Origin: Patescibacteria group bacterium
GTDB taxonomy: Bacteria; Patescibacteriota; UBA1384; UBA12157; JAENIV01
DNA: 64,000 nt
Assembly: GCA_023485405.1 (NCBI GenBank)
Contig: JAMCZU010000032.1
Coordinates: forward strand, 400-64,399
Reading direction: 5' to 3'
How positions within the stretch are numbered: position 1 is the first letter of the stretch; the number at the start of each line of letters is the position of its first letter. Shown in pieces: positions 9,767 through 20,179 of this stretch. Position numbers and translations under genes: made by a program. The notes beneath the pieces are model-generated. The model had not been told where the DNA came from. It saw only the letters and a list, made by a program, of their open reading frames with translations, and did no database searches.

Positions 9767-11818
9767 TTAGTCCTTTCTTATTTTTAAAAACTCTTCTTCG
9801 GAAATTATTTTAACACCAAGTTTTTGGGCTTTTTCATATTTCTCACCCGGTTCATTTCCTGATACCACGTATGAAGTTTGATCACTGACTGATTCCGAAA
9901 TCTCTCCACCTAAATCACGCACTATTTTTTTGGCCTCATCTCGTGACAGCGTCTTTAATCCACCAGTAAAAACAAAAGTTAATCCGACGAATTTCTTATC
10001 ACGAATATGCACAAATTTTATTTTTACTCCAAAATTTAAAAGGCGATTAATAAAATCAAGATTATGTTTATCTTGAAAATAATCAAAAATTGATTTAGCT
10101 ACAATCGGCCCAATATCTTGAATCTCCTGCCAGTCTTCTGGTTTTTTATTTTTTAAGGCATTTGAAATTGATTTGAAATTTGAAATTTGAAATTTGAAAT
10201 TCATGGCGTCAGCCATATCGTACGCCGTTTCTTCCCCTACATTTGGAATGCCTAAAGCATAAATAAAGCGCGGCAATTCAATTTCTTTGTGCGCTTGGAT
10301 TGAATCAATAATATTTTGGGCGGATTTTTCTGCAAATCGTTCTAACGGTTCAATATCACCCTTTTTCAGTTCAAACAAATCAGCCGCATCTTTGACGAGC
10401 CCTATTTCCATAAATTTATTTAAAATTTTTGGACCAAGACCCGTAATATCAAAAGCACCACGTGAAACAAAATGCCTGAGCGCCCGAAGTTTTACCGTAA
10501 AACAGTTTTTATTGAGACAACGATAAGCCGCTTTTCCTTTTTCGCGCACGACTTTACCACCACACTGTGGACATTTTTTGGGAAACTTAAATTCTTTTTC
10601 TTTACCCGTGCGCAGTTCTTTAATCACTTTGGCCACTTCCGGGATCACATCACCAGCCTTGTGAACCACGATTGTATCCCCAATTCGAATATCTTTTTTT
10701 CTAATTTCATCTTCATTATGCAAAGTCGCTCGCGAGACTGTAGACCCAGCCACTATTACCGGTTTTAAAATCGCGACCGGCGTCAAAGTGCCCGTGCGAC
10801 CAACTTGAACAATAATATCTTGAACGGTAGTAGTTGCTTCTTCCGGCGCAAATTTATAAGCAATCATCCCGCGAGGCGCTTTGCCCACCACACCCAATTT
10901 TTCTCTTGTCAAATTGTCATTTATTACCGCTACAATACCATCAATTTGATAAGGCAATTTTTCGCGTGATTTTTCAACTTCAATTTTTACTTTTTCTACT
11001 TCGTTTAAATTCTTGCAATAACGATTTTGAGGCAGAGTTTTAAAACCCAAATCTTTCAAAGTTTCGTGGGATTCCTGATGGGTTTTAACCATTTCCACCC
11101 CATTTACGAAATGGGGTAAAAGGTCCCAAGCGATAAAATCAAGTTTTCGTGATGCGGAAATCTTTGGATTTAATTGGCGAATGGAACCAGCCGCGGCGTT
11201 GCGCGGGTTAGCCAAGAGCGGTAAATTTTGCTTTCGATACTGCGCATTCAAACTTTCAAATACTTTAATCGGCATATAAACCTCTCCCCGAATTTCAATA
11301 ATTTTGAGATTTGAGATTTGAGATTTGAGATTTGCGACTGGCAGTCGCAGTGGTATCGCTTCGATAGTCTTTAAATTTTGAGTCACCTCTTCACCAATTT
11401 TACCATCACCACGGGTAGCACCACGCACTAAAACACCATTTTCATAAATTAATGAAACCGCCAGACCATCCATCTTAAGTTCCGCAAAGTAATCAAACTT
11501 TTCATCTAAGATTTTTTTATTTCGCGTTTCCCAATCCTCAAGTTCTTCAAACGAAAAAGCATCGGTTAAAGAAAGCATTGGCTGCGAATGGGTTACTCTT
11601 TGAAATTTTTTTAAAGGCTCACCACCCACTCGCTGAGTGGGTGAATCGAGTGTTAAAAACTCAGGAAATTTATTTTCTAAATCTTGAAGTTCGTGCTTTA
11701 AAGAATCGTTCACTGCATCAGAAACTAAGGATTTATCTAAAACATGATAAGCGTAGCGATACTTCTCAATCAACTCTTTTAATTTTTCGATTCGATTTTT
11801 TGCCTCAACTTTGGTCAT
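9767..11818 (-). CDS. ligA: NAD-dependent DNA ligase
   Basis: ELKMDGLA, TRGDG, NPRNAAAGS, Zn finger, BRCT. Confidence 0.98.
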   Translation of the reverse strand: MTKVEAKNRIEKLKELIEKYRYAYHVLDKSLVSDAVNDSLKHELQDLENKFPEFLTLDSPTQRVGGEPLKKFQRVTHSQPMLSLTDAFSFEELEDWETRNKKILDEKFDYFAELKMDGLAVSLIYENGVLVRGATRGDGKIGEEVTQNLKTIEAIPLRLPVANLKSQISNLKIIEIRGEVYMPIKVFESLNAQYRKQNLPLLANPRNAAAGSIRQLNPKISASRKLDFIAWDLLPHFVNGVEMVKTHQESHETLKDLGFKTLPQNRYCKNLNEVEKVKIEVEKSREKLPYQIDGIVAVINDNLTREKLGVVGKAPRGMIAYKFAPEEATTTVQDIIVQVGRTGTLTPVAILKPVIVAGSTVSRATLHNEDEIRKKDIRIGDTIVVHKAGDVIPEVAKVIKELRTGKEKEFKFPKKCPQCGGKVVREKGKAAYRCLNKNCFTVKLRALRHFVSRGAFDITGLGPKILNKFMEIGLVKDAADLFELKKGDIEPLERFAEKSAQNIIDSIQAHKEIELPRFIYALGIPNVGEETAYDMADAMNFKFQISNFKSISNALKNKKPEDWQEIQDIGPIVAKSIFDYFQDKHNLDFINRLLNFGVKIKFVHIRDKKFVGLTFVFTGGLKTLSRDEAKKIVRDLGGEISESVSDQTSYVVSGNEPGEKYEKAQKLGVKIISEEEFLKIRKD

Positions 11819-11937
11819 AATATAATTATTGATCTTAAACTTAACCTGTTTACACCCATACCAGGTATGAGGGTAAAGGGTTAGATAATTATTCTCTTTC
11901 TTACCTTATTTTACTCTTTTTTCCCTCCTGTTACAAC

Positions 11938-11969
11938 AAAAAACCTCCGCAGAAACGAAGGTTTTTTTT
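11938..11969. terminator. terminator downstream of pilin pair
   Basis: A-tract/ACCTCCG...CGAAGGT/T-tract. Confidence 0.55.
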
Positions 11970-11988
11970 AAAAATTGATTTTAAACTA

Positions 11989-12546
11989 TTAATTTACGCT
12001 ACATATTTGACCACAGTTCTGTGTGTCGCCGCCCATTAATTGATAATTGCCACAAGCACTGTTTACTGCACCAGTTTCAGGTTGTTCCAGATTGGTACCT
12101 AAAATATAGCCATTACCATCATAGGATTGATATACATAACCTAAATCCGATGTTGGACCACCACCCAAATAAGCAGGGTTACCTGTACTTGTATCTTCTT
12201 TATTCGTAGGATCTACTGGTAGAGAAGCCAGATAATTATTACCCACCAAAACATTATAAAGAGTCCTATAGTCACCATTGGCAGTAGGAGGATATGGATT
12301 AGTACCAGTACCCCAATATGTCTTATCCCATGGAGAAAAGAAACATCCCTTCGGATAACTACTATTTTTATAATAGTAACTATCCAAAGCAGTTTGCATT
12401 GTCCGCATATCGGCTTTGCGTTTAGTGTCACGGGCTCTGACTCGGGCACTGGAAACTCCCACGGTGACCACTGCTGCCAAAATACCAATAATTGCTATCA
12501 CTACCAGAAGCTCAATTAATGTAAAACCTTTACGATTTGAGAACAT
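11989..12546 (-). CDS. type IV pilin / GspG-like pseudopilin
   Basis: KG|FTLIELLVVIAIIGILA class III signal, ARD..R..D. Confidence 0.9.
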   Translation of the reverse strand: MFSNRKGFTLIELLVVIAIIGILAAVVTVGVSSARVRARDTKRKADMRTMQTALDSYYYKNSSYPKGCFFSPWDKTYWGTGTNPYPPTANGDYRTLYNVLVGNNYLASLPVDPTNKEDTSTGNPAYLGGGPTSDLGYVYQSYDGNGYILGTNLEQPETGAVNSACGNYQLMGGDTQNCGQICSVN

Positions 12547-12560
12547 TTTTCTCCTAAAAT

Positions 12561-13172
12561 CTACTCTGACCAGAGATATGCACCGGAAGTATAAAGAGAA
12601 ACTGTTTTACTAGTGGGTGCTGCCGGATCATATATCTCACGAATAGAGGTAGAATTACAAGCATCACTTGGGCCAGTACCACAAATGGTTTCCATTTGAA
12701 GATTGGCTTTTAATTTATATTCCTTACCATCACTCGCATACGCATAGCAACCATGAAAATCTAAATCATTTGTATACTGTTGATTATTAGACGCAGGTAC
12801 CCCTTTTGGATCTTGAGGTAAAACTGAAATAAAATCAGGCGCCAAGTTTGGTATCCAACCGGTACTTCCTGAACTTGTAAGACCCGGTGGATTACTTTGG
12901 TTATAAGTTCGACAGAGTCCGCCCCAAGAAACACCAGGCGATAATAATACTCCGCTAACTTTAACACCAACGTTGCCGCTACTTATTGGGTAGCTACCAT
13001 TTTTATCATTATATTGCTCGAGTGCTCCTTGGAGTGACCTTAAATTTGCAATTCTTTTGGCATCACGAGCAGTTTTACGAGAATTGTTAACATTAACAAT
13101 CACGAGCGACGCTAAAAGACCAATAATAAACATCACTACCAAGAGTTCAATTAGAGTAAAACCCTTTTTCAT
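12561..13172 (-). CDS. type IV pilin / GspG-like pseudopilin
   Basis: KG|FTLIELLVV class III signal, LPQDP. Confidence 0.9.
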   Translation of the reverse strand: MKKGFTLIELLVVMFIIGLLASLVIVNVNNSRKTARDAKRIANLRSLQGALEQYNDKNGSYPISSGNVGVKVSGVLLSPGVSWGGLCRTYNQSNPPGLTSSGSTGWIPNLAPDFISVLPQDPKGVPASNNQQYTNDLDFHGCYAYASDGKEYKLKANLQMETICGTGPSDACNSTSIREIYDPAAPTSKTVSLYTSGAYLWSE

Positions 13173-13198
13173 AAGCCTCCTTTTAATAACTTAATTTA

Positions 13199-13227
13199 AG
13201 TATAAAAATAATAGTATTATATGTCAA
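13199..13227 (-). promoter_or_regulatory. sigma70-type promoter of pilin pair
   Basis: TTGACA-N17-TATACT on the minus strand. Confidence 0.7.
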
Positions 13228-13352
13228 ATTTCTAAATCCAAATTTCTAATTTCTAATAAAATGTCCAATGATGCAATGTCTAATATCAAAACTTTTGGAC
13301 ATTGAGATTTTGACATTTGGATTTTTATTTGTCATTAGATATTAGGATTTTG
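13226..13352. repeat. heptamer-periodic imperfect inverted-repeat element (copy 1)
   Basis: 7-bp units such as AATTTCT/AATGTCC in the left half and their complements in the right half; related to 14268-14389 and 24880-25001. Confidence 0.7.
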
Positions 13353-14261
13353 TTATTTACTGATCATCTCTCTTAATCTCTTTATTCTCTCCCCAACCGG
13401 TGGATGAGTGTCAAAAAGCCCGACCAGCCAGCCCCTTTTCTCATCTTTTTTAAAAGGACTTTCAATGTAAAGATGAGCAGTCGCTTTGTTGGCCACCTCT
13501 AGTGGTTCAGGATCTTGGGAAATTTTTTCCAAGGCCGAAGCTAGGCCTTCAGGATAACGAGTCAGTAATGCTCCCGTGGCGTCAGCTAAAAATTCACGCT
13601 TTCGGGAAATGGCTAACTGAATTAGAGTCGCCGCGATTGGCGCTAAAATGGCCATCACAATGGCTACAATAAAAAGAATCAGTTGAATTTGGCCACCACC
13701 GTCACTATCAGACCGGCGCCGACCGCCGCCAAACCATGTCCAGCGAAGAAAAAAATCAGAAAGCAAAGTGACCACTCCTACTAAAACCACCACGATCGTC
13801 ATTAACCTAATATCATAATTGCCCACGTGAGACATTTCATGGGCAATTACTCCTTCTAATTCCGTCTTATTAAGTTTTTCAAGGAGCCCGGAGGTCACCG
13901 CCAATGCCGCATGTTTTGGGTCACGGCCGGTGGCAAAAGCGTTCGGCGCACCGTCTTGGATTAAATAAATTCGTGGCTTGGGGAGCCCTGCCGTAATGCT
14001 TAAATTTTCAACGACGCGATGAAGCTCTAAAAACGGTTCCTTGCGTGGTACTTCTTTTGCCCCCGAAATTGCCAAAGTGATCGAATCAGAATAATAATAA
14101 GAAACCAAGGCTTGAATGGTGGCAAATAAAACGGCGATAACCAAAATCAATTGGTTGTTAAAATACCAAGAAAGCAAGTAACCCAAACCAATTACAAAAA
14201 CAAGAAAGACGAATATTAATAAAACTGTCCTCCTTTTATTCGAGTCTATTTCTTTATACAT
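13353..14261 (-). CDS. htpX: M48 zinc metalloprotease HtpX
   Basis: PNAFATG, HEMSH, REFLAD, THPP...RI. Confidence 0.95.
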   Translation of the reverse strand: MYKEIDSNKRRTVLLIFVFLVFVIGLGYLLSWYFNNQLILVIAVLFATIQALVSYYYSDSITLAISGAKEVPRKEPFLELHRVVENLSITAGLPKPRIYLIQDGAPNAFATGRDPKHAALAVTSGLLEKLNKTELEGVIAHEMSHVGNYDIRLMTIVVVLVGVVTLLSDFFLRWTWFGGGRRRSDSDGGGQIQLILFIVAIVMAILAPIAATLIQLAISRKREFLADATGALLTRYPEGLASALEKISQDPEPLEVANKATAHLYIESPFKKDEKRGWLVGLFDTHPPVGERIKRLREMISK

Positions 14262-14267
14262 AATCTA

Positions 14268-14389
14268 AAAATTTCTAAGCCCTAAATCCTAATTTCTAAT
14301 AAAATGCCCAATGACTAAATTTCAAATTTTTGACATTTAATATTTGACATTTGAAATTTTATTAGACATTTGTTATTAGGATTTTGGAT
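14268..14389. repeat. heptamer-periodic imperfect inverted-repeat element (copy 2)
   Basis: Shares CTAATTTCTAATAAAATG and TATTAGGATTTTG with copy 1. Confidence 0.7.
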
Positions 14390-14941
14390 TTAGAATTTTA
14401 CCTGTGGGGTTTCTTTTTCGGCTTCATTCATCCCAAATAACTCAAACTCTTTCGAACCAGTCATCCCCGCGACCATACTGTTGGGAAAAACTTGAATCTT
14501 GGTGTTAAAGTCACGGACATTGCCATTGTAAAAACGACGAGCTGCTTCGATTTTGTTTTCAGTATCAGTTAATTCGTCTTGCAGTTTTTGAAAATTCTCC
14601 GTTGCTCGAAGTTGAGGATAGTTCTCTGCTACCGCAAAAAGAGATTTCAAAGTATCGGTTAAAGCATTTTCCGCCTTACCTGCTTCTTCAGCTCCTTTAG
14701 CTTGCATTGCTTGCGAACGTGCTTCAGTTACTTTTTCAAAAACTTCTTTTTCGTGAGTAGCATAACCTTTAACTGTCTCAACTAAATTAGGAATTAAATC
14801 ATGACGACGTTTTAATTGCACATCAATGTCTGACCAGGCTTCTTTGGTCCGGTTTCTTAAAGTGACAATGCCATTGAAAACCGCAATAAACCAAATAATC
14901 AAAACTCCAAGTAACCCTAAACCAACCCATAGAATAATCAT
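14390..14941 (-). CDS. lemA: LemA family protein
   Basis: AWSDIDVQLKRRHDLIPNLVETVKGY, AVAENYPQL. Confidence 0.96.
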   Translation of the reverse strand: MIILWVGLGLLGVLIIWFIAVFNGIVTLRNRTKEAWSDIDVQLKRRHDLIPNLVETVKGYATHEKEVFEKVTEARSQAMQAKGAEEAGKAENALTDTLKSLFAVAENYPQLRATENFQKLQDELTDTENKIEAARRFYNGNVRDFNTKIQVFPNSMVAGMTGSKEFELFGMNEAEKETPQVKF

Positions 14942-14954
14942 AAATGCTCCTTTA

Positions 14955-15662
14955 TCACTCCAATGATGAATTTGTTACTTTATATATATTATACGAACCA
15001 GTTAAAGTGCCAGTGGAATCAGATTTGTCTTCCAAAACAGCAGTTAGTTCAAAATTCTGACCATCTGATTTATAACCGTAATAAAATTTTGGGGCTGAAG
15101 GATCGTTTGGCAAACTTTGAAGATATGTTGGCGCTAAGGCTTGGGCTAAAATACTTGTTTGATCGGAAGTTTTAATTTGATCGGTGCTGACGGGATATTC
15201 GGCTTTGACGGCATAATATTTCTTTAAAGCATCTTTAAGATTGGCTAAATCTTTTTTACGGGTTTGGTCATTGATGTTAACTGTTGTCTCAGATGACGAA
15301 CTGGCTGTGGGACTAGCGGTGGGCAGAACCGAAGAAATCGCCGGTGATATTTTAGGCGAAACTGTGGGCGAAGGTACGGGATTGCTACTCTTAAAAATCC
15401 AGCCTTTCCAACGAGCAAAGAATAAGGTACCCACAAACAAAAGAATTAGTAGAAAAATGATGACAATATAAGAAAAAATCGGCTTTTTGGGCCCGGGCAA
15501 AGGCGCATTATTTGGCGATACCGGCGGTGCTGGCATTGATACTGGTGCTGGCTTTTGTTCGCCCGGTTTTTGACCCATCGGCTCGGGCGCGGTGATATTG
15601 GGTGGCATCTCAAAAGGAGCTGGTCCTTCTGAAGATGAAGAATTTATAGTTGGCTGATCCAT
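14955..15662 (-). CDS. membrane-anchored protein with Pro-rich N-terminus and pilin/GspG-like C-terminal domain
   Basis: TM segment followed by D.TRKKDL..L..AL..YY, LPNDP, Y.YKSDG..FELTAVLE. Confidence 0.65.
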   Translation of the reverse strand: MDQPTINSSSSEGPAPFEMPPNITAPEPMGQKPGEQKPAPVSMPAPPVSPNNAPLPGPKKPIFSYIVIIFLLILLFVGTLFFARWKGWIFKSSNPVPSPTVSPKISPAISSVLPTASPTASSSSETTVNINDQTRKKDLANLKDALKKYYAVKAEYPVSTDQIKTSDQTSILAQALAPTYLQSLPNDPSAPKFYYGYKSDGQNFELTAVLEDKSDSTGTLTGSYNIYKVTNSSLE

Positions 15663-15669
15663 TTTTCCC

Positions 15670-15730
15670 CTCCCTAAATCCAGTTCTTTCAGAACTGGAT
15701 CGGGCGGCCCGCTTTTAGCGGGCTTAGCCT
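15670..15730 (-). promoter_or_regulatory. conserved two-hairpin 5' leader motif (copy 1)
   Basis: AGGCTAA-hairpin-CGCCCG-hairpin-TTAGGGAG, same scaffold as 46530-46588. Confidence 0.7.
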
Positions 15731-15748
15731 TTTACATTTATTATTGTA

Positions 15749-16030
15749 TCACTTTTTAGCTAATAATTCTGCTTTTCTTTTTTTGGCAATTTTTTGTTTT
15801 TCTGCTTGTTCGGCTTTTTTAGTTTCTTTAATTTTAGTTTTTTCTTCTTTTTCCTGTTTTTTATTTTTCATTTCAGCTAAAATCTCTTTTGCTTCTGGTG
15901 AATCAATTGAAACAGCCAACTTTTGCGGTAATAAATAATTGCGAGCAAAACCAGATTTAACTTGAACAATTTCCCCTCTTTGGCCTAAATTCTCTACTTC
16001 TTTTAGTAAAATAACTTGCGTATGAAACAT
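15749..16030 (-). CDS. rplI: 50S ribosomal protein L9, N-terminal domain only
   Basis: [32 protein letters not shown] followed by a Lys/Glu-rich tail. Confidence 0.9.
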   Translation of the reverse strand: MFHTQVILLKEVENLGQRGEIVQVKSGFARNYLLPQKLAVSIDSPEAKEILAEMKNKKQEKEEKTKIKETKKAEQAEKQKIAKKRKAELLAKK

Positions 16031-17230
16031 TTATTTTCCTGCCTCTTCTAGCGCTTTATCCAATTGTGGATCAAGGTTTTGAGATTGATCAGTTTCTGTT
16101 CGATCAACTTCAATATTAGGCTTAATTCCCTCTTTGTCAATGGTTCGGTCGTTAGGCGTCAGCCATTTGGCAATCGTTAGTTTTAAAACTGCCGAAGTAT
16201 CAAGATTTTGAAGTTCTTGAACAGAGCCTTTACCAAAAGTTTTTTTACCAATTAAAGTGGCACCGCGAAGATCTTGTAAGGCACCGGCCACAATTTCGGA
16301 GGCCGAAGCTGAACCCTCGTTGACCAAAACAATCACTTTATAATCTTTCAAAATTGGCTCGAAAGTTGTTTTTAACTCATCTTTATGACCATCTTTATAT
16401 TGCTCTTTAACTACCACTGAACCCTTTGGCACAAAAAGTGAGGAAACATCAACGGCTGAGTCTAAATAACCACCCGGATTATTACGCAAATCCAGCACGA
16501 TCGCTTTAGGTTTTTTCTGCGCCAATTCAGAAGCTGCTTTTTTAGCTAATTCAGATGTGTCACTACCAAACTGAGTAATTTGAATATAACCAATCTCGCC
16601 CTTCATTTCCCACTTGACCGAACTAACCGTAATTAAACCTCGAGTAATTTTAAATTCCTGAGGTGTTTGAAAACCCTGACGATTGATCAGTAGTGTTACT
16701 TCTGTACCTTTCGCTCCACGAATTTTCGAAACTGCTTCATCGAGCGATAAGTTAGATATATCCTTGCCATCAATCCCTAAAATTTGATCTTGAGCCTTAA
16801 GCCCAGCTTTTTCAGCCGGTGAATCACCAAGTGGCGCAATTATAATAATTTTCCCATCTTTTTTGGATAATTCCGCCCCAATGCCTTCAAATTTACCAGA
16901 AAGATCTTGTTGTAACGCGGTATTTTCAGTTTGATCCAAAAAATTTGAGTAAGGGTCGCCTAAAGCTTCGGTCATACCTTTAATCGCCCCGTAAACTAAC
17001 TTTTGCGCTGAATATGTCCCGACATATTTATCCGAAATTGTATTCCAAGCTTTCCAAAAAATACCAAAATCAACACTTTCCGGTTTTTTGAGCTCTAAAT
17101 TAGTAATTGTCGGCTTATAATTGGTCCCTAAAATTAAATTTTTATGACCAATTAAATAACCAGTAAAATAAAAAATGATCGCGATCCAAAGAACACCGAC
17201 GATGATAAGAATTTTTTTGAGATTTTTCAA
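16031..17230 (-). CDS. S41 carboxy-terminal processing protease
   Basis: LGDPYS, PDZ, LDLRNNPGG, SASASEI, TFGKGSVQ. Confidence 0.95.
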   Translation of the reverse strand: MKNLKKILIIVGVLWIAIIFYFTGYLIGHKNLILGTNYKPTITNLELKKPESVDFGIFWKAWNTISDKYVGTYSAQKLVYGAIKGMTEALGDPYSNFLDQTENTALQQDLSGKFEGIGAELSKKDGKIIIIAPLGDSPAEKAGLKAQDQILGIDGKDISNLSLDEAVSKIRGAKGTEVTLLINRQGFQTPQEFKITRGLITVSSVKWEMKGEIGYIQITQFGSDTSELAKKAASELAQKKPKAIVLDLRNNPGGYLDSAVDVSSLFVPKGSVVVKEQYKDGHKDELKTTFEPILKDYKVIVLVNEGSASASEIVAGALQDLRGATLIGKKTFGKGSVQELQNLDTSAVLKLTIAKWLTPNDRTIDKEGIKPNIEVDRTETDQSQNLDPQLDKALEEAGK

Positions 17231-17240
17231 ATTCCTCTCC

Positions 17241-18359
17241 TTAATTTATTATTCCCCCACCTAAAACTTCTTCTCCTTTGTAAAAAACAATTGATTGACC
17301 GGGTGTAACCGCTCGTTGGGGCTTTTTAAATGTTACCTTAACTTGATTATTGTTTATAATTTTCAGCTTACAATTTTCTGCCGGATGACCGTAACGAATT
17401 TTTGCTTTAATATCGCTATAAGGTTTACTCAACCAATTTAAATCAGTAGCAATTAATTCTTTTTGCATTAAATCTTTCTCATCACCAACAATGAGAGTGT
17501 TCGTCTGACTATCCAATTTTACCACAAAGTAAGCTTTTGGGCCACCTAAACCTAAACGCTCTCGTTGACCAATAGTATAATCAATTAAACCACTATGTTG
17601 ACCTAAAATATTACCCTCAACATCAGTAATCACGCCTGGCTTAGTCAACTTTTTAGTGTGACGTCGTAAAAAAGTACAAATATCTCTGTTGGGGATAAAA
17701 CAAATACCTTGAGATTCTCGTCGCTCGGCTGTCGGCAATCCCCATTTTTTAGCCATTTTTCTAATGTCTGGTTTTGAATAATCACCTACCGGAAAAAGAA
17801 TATGTTTTAAATGTTCTTGCTTTAACATCCAGAGAAAATAAGTCTGATCTTTGGCTTTGTCTACAGCCGTGAGTAGTTTATATTTAACATTAGGATTTTG
17901 ACATTTAGATTTTTGTTTGTCATTTGAAATTTGGATTTTGCCATTTTCACTTCCAATGCGGGCATAATGTCCGGTCGCAAGGTAGTCCGCTTTCATCTCC
18001 AAAGTTTTTTTCAACAGTATTTCTCCTTTAATATCGCGGTTGCAAACCACGCACGGATTTGGCGTTCGACCATTTTCGTGTTCTTTAATATAGTAGTCAA
18101 CGACGCTTTTTTTAAATTCTTCTTCAAAATTGACGACATAAAAAGGAATGTTTAATTTGGCCGCTACGGCGCGCGCCGCCGTTGCCGCCTCCAATGAACA
18201 ACAAACATTTTCTCTCACTAAATCAGTTTGAGAAGTTTCTTCCGACCAAAGTTTCATAAAAATTCCAATTACCTCGTAACCTTGTTTTTGAAGGAGGGCG
18301 GCTGCCACTGACGAATCCACCCCGCCCGACATTGCACAAACCACCGCTTTATTTTTCAT
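17241..18359 (-). CDS. mnmA: tRNA 2-thiouridylase
   Basis: MSGGVDSS, TPNPCVVCN, ATGHYA, KDQTYFL, TPGQS. Confidence 0.97.
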   Translation of the reverse strand: MKNKAVVCAMSGGVDSSVAAALLQKQGYEVIGIFMKLWSEETSQTDLVRENVCCSLEAATAARAVAAKLNIPFYVVNFEEEFKKSVVDYYIKEHENGRTPNPCVVCNRDIKGEILLKKTLEMKADYLATGHYARIGSENGKIQISNDKQKSKCQNPNVKYKLLTAVDKAKDQTYFLWMLKQEHLKHILFPVGDYSKPDIRKMAKKWGLPTAERRESQGICFIPNRDICTFLRRHTKKLTKPGVITDVEGNILGQHSGLIDYTIGQRERLGLGGPKAYFVVKLDSQTNTLIVGDEKDLMQKELIATDLNWLSKPYSDIKAKIRYGHPAENCKLKIINNNQVKVTFKKPQRAVTPGQSIVFYKGEEVLGGGIIN

Positions 18360-18386
18360 ATTTTTTACCATAATATAAATAATTTC

Positions 18387-18433
18387 TTACATTCCTAAAC
18401 CTGTTGTCCACCTACGAGGTGGACATTTTGGTT
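18387..18433. repeat. REP-family dispersed repeat (near-identical to 35532-35578); supplies the folD stop codon
   Basis: TTACATTCCTAAACCT.TTGTCCACCT-ACG-AGGTGGACATTT.GGTT. Confidence 0.85.
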
Positions 18434-19197
18434 GTCTCAACAATATTTTTCATCAGACAGGCCACTGTCACCGGACCAACGCCACCAGGCACGGGTGAGT
18501 AAGCTTTGATTTTTAAGTAGACCTCGGAATCTACGTCGCCTACTATTTTACCCGCTGCTTCGGAGTTACCAGCATCAATAATAATAGTATCGGCTTTGAC
18601 CATTTCGGGCTTAATTAAAGATGGTACACCAGCAGCGGTGACAATAATATCTGCTTCTAAAGTTTTTGCTTTTAAATCAACTGTTTTTGAATCACAAACT
18701 ACCGGTTTTAAGCCTTGGCCTTGAAGTATTTTCTCTAAAGGTTGCCCCACTAATCGACCATGACCAATAATAACTATTTTTTTGCCCTTGATATTTATTT
18801 TATAAAACTTTAAAATTTCTAAAATCGCCTGAGCCGTTGGTGCCATAAAAGAGCCATAAAATCCATCAACATCTTTTTCTCCTTTAATTTGCTTTAAAAT
18901 TTTCTCTGTTTGAAATTCAGGAGGGAGTGGCAATTGAACGACAATACCACTGATATATTTGTTAACATTTAGCTCACGAATTAATTCGGTCACTTTTTTT
19001 TCTGGCGTAATTCCTGACAAATGAAAAAGCTGAAAACCAAGACCAAGACTTGCCGCTTTTTTTTCCTTAATTTTGATATAACTAACACTTGATGAATCTT
19101 CGCCCACTAAAATGACACCAAGAGTTGGCGCAGTTTTGAGATCTTTTTTAATTTGAAGATAAATATTTTCCGCCACCGGTTTACCAAATAGAATCAT
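18412..19197 (-). CDS. folD: methylenetetrahydrofolate dehydrogenase/cyclohydrolase
   Basis: GIVVQLPLP, EKDVDG, PVPGGVGPVTVA. Confidence 0.95.
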   Translation of the reverse strand: MILFGKPVAENIYLQIKKDLKTAPTLGVILVGEDSSSVSYIKIKEKKAASLGLGFQLFHLSGITPEKKVTELIRELNVNKYISGIVVQLPLPPEFQTEKILKQIKGEKDVDGFYGSFMAPTAQAILEILKFYKINIKGKKIVIIGHGRLVGQPLEKILQGQGLKPVVCDSKTVDLKAKTLEADIIVTAAGVPSLIKPEMVKADTIIIDAGNSEAAGKIVGDVDSEVYLKIKAYSPVPGGVGPVTVACLMKNIVETTKMSTS

Positions 19198-19207
19198 TTC
19201 AACCTCT

Positions 19208-20155
19208 TTACTCAGCAAAATTTTGCGTCACCATTTTGCCATAAACACCGATATCAATAATACCAACACCAATTCGGCCATATTTTGGATCTAAAATATT
19301 ATCACGATGTTTAGGTGAATTCATAAAACCAATTTCCGCCAATTCCTCAGTTGGTGCCAGCGCAATATTTTCGCCAGCCAACCAATAATTTACACCACCT
19401 TCAGTCATTCTATCAGCCGGTGTTTTACTGGCTAAATCAACATGAGAAAAATAACCATTTTTTGCCATATCAATTGAATGAAACCGAGCAACTGTCCGAA
19501 TCGTCAGATCTAATTTTAAAGGCGGAAGACCCACTTTCACCCTTTCATTATTAACCTGATTAATCATGATATTTTCTGAATTTTCATCAATCGTAAATTT
19601 TTCTATTTTAAAATCGAGCTTAATTGTTTCTTCGCTTTGAGAGACGGTGCCAAAAAAGTTTAAAGAGTTAACACCGTCAAAAACTTTTTCCATTTGATTT
19701 TCGGCTTTAGCTGATGATTTAATGAAAAAACCAGAAATAGGAGATTTGACTAAACTATCTTTAAACGCCGGTGAAACAGGTAAGACAAAACAAATCATTA
19801 AAATAATCGCGGCCACAACAATTCCTTTGACTAGACCGGGAATAATGCCAAAAAAACGATTAAATTTATTTTCACCAACCCATAGTGGCACAAAACGAAA
19901 AATCAAAAGAGTAATTAAGTAAAAAATAAGCTGAAATAAAATCCACAGAGTTAGAAAACCAATTGGTTTAGCTAAGTTAGGATTTTGCCCCCAATGAGTA
20001 AAAATTGCAGCTGCCGCGTCAAAATAGTGTAATGACAGAATAAAAGATATTACAATACCAATCAAATCAAGAGTTTGAGACAAAAAACCACGGCGAAACC
20101 CCATCCAACCGTGGAGTATAATAATTAGGATAATCAAGATTTCAATATAAATCAT
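19208..20155 (-). CDS. CvpA-family membrane domain fused to CAP/SCP domain
   Basis: GFRRGF N-terminal TMs; HSIDMAKNGYFSH, GENIA, MNSPKHRDNIL. Confidence 0.85.
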   Translation of the reverse strand: MIYIEILIILIIILHGWMGFRRGFLSQTLDLIGIVISFILSLHYFDAAAAIFTHWGQNPNLAKPIGFLTLWILFQLIFYLITLLIFRFVPLWVGENKFNRFFGIIPGLVKGIVVAAIILMICFVLPVSPAFKDSLVKSPISGFFIKSSAKAENQMEKVFDGVNSLNFFGTVSQSEETIKLDFKIEKFTIDENSENIMINQVNNERVKVGLPPLKLDLTIRTVARFHSIDMAKNGYFSHVDLASKTPADRMTEGGVNYWLAGENIALAPTEELAEIGFMNSPKHRDNILDPKYGRIGVGIIDIGVYGKMVTQNFAE

Positions 20156-20179
20156 AGACCCATCATAACAAATTTTTTA

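Noticed and set aside
11989-13172. Pilin diversification by DGR or shufflon
   Set aside because: No reverse transcriptase, template/variable repeat pair or invertase was seen; the two pilins share only the N-terminal helix.
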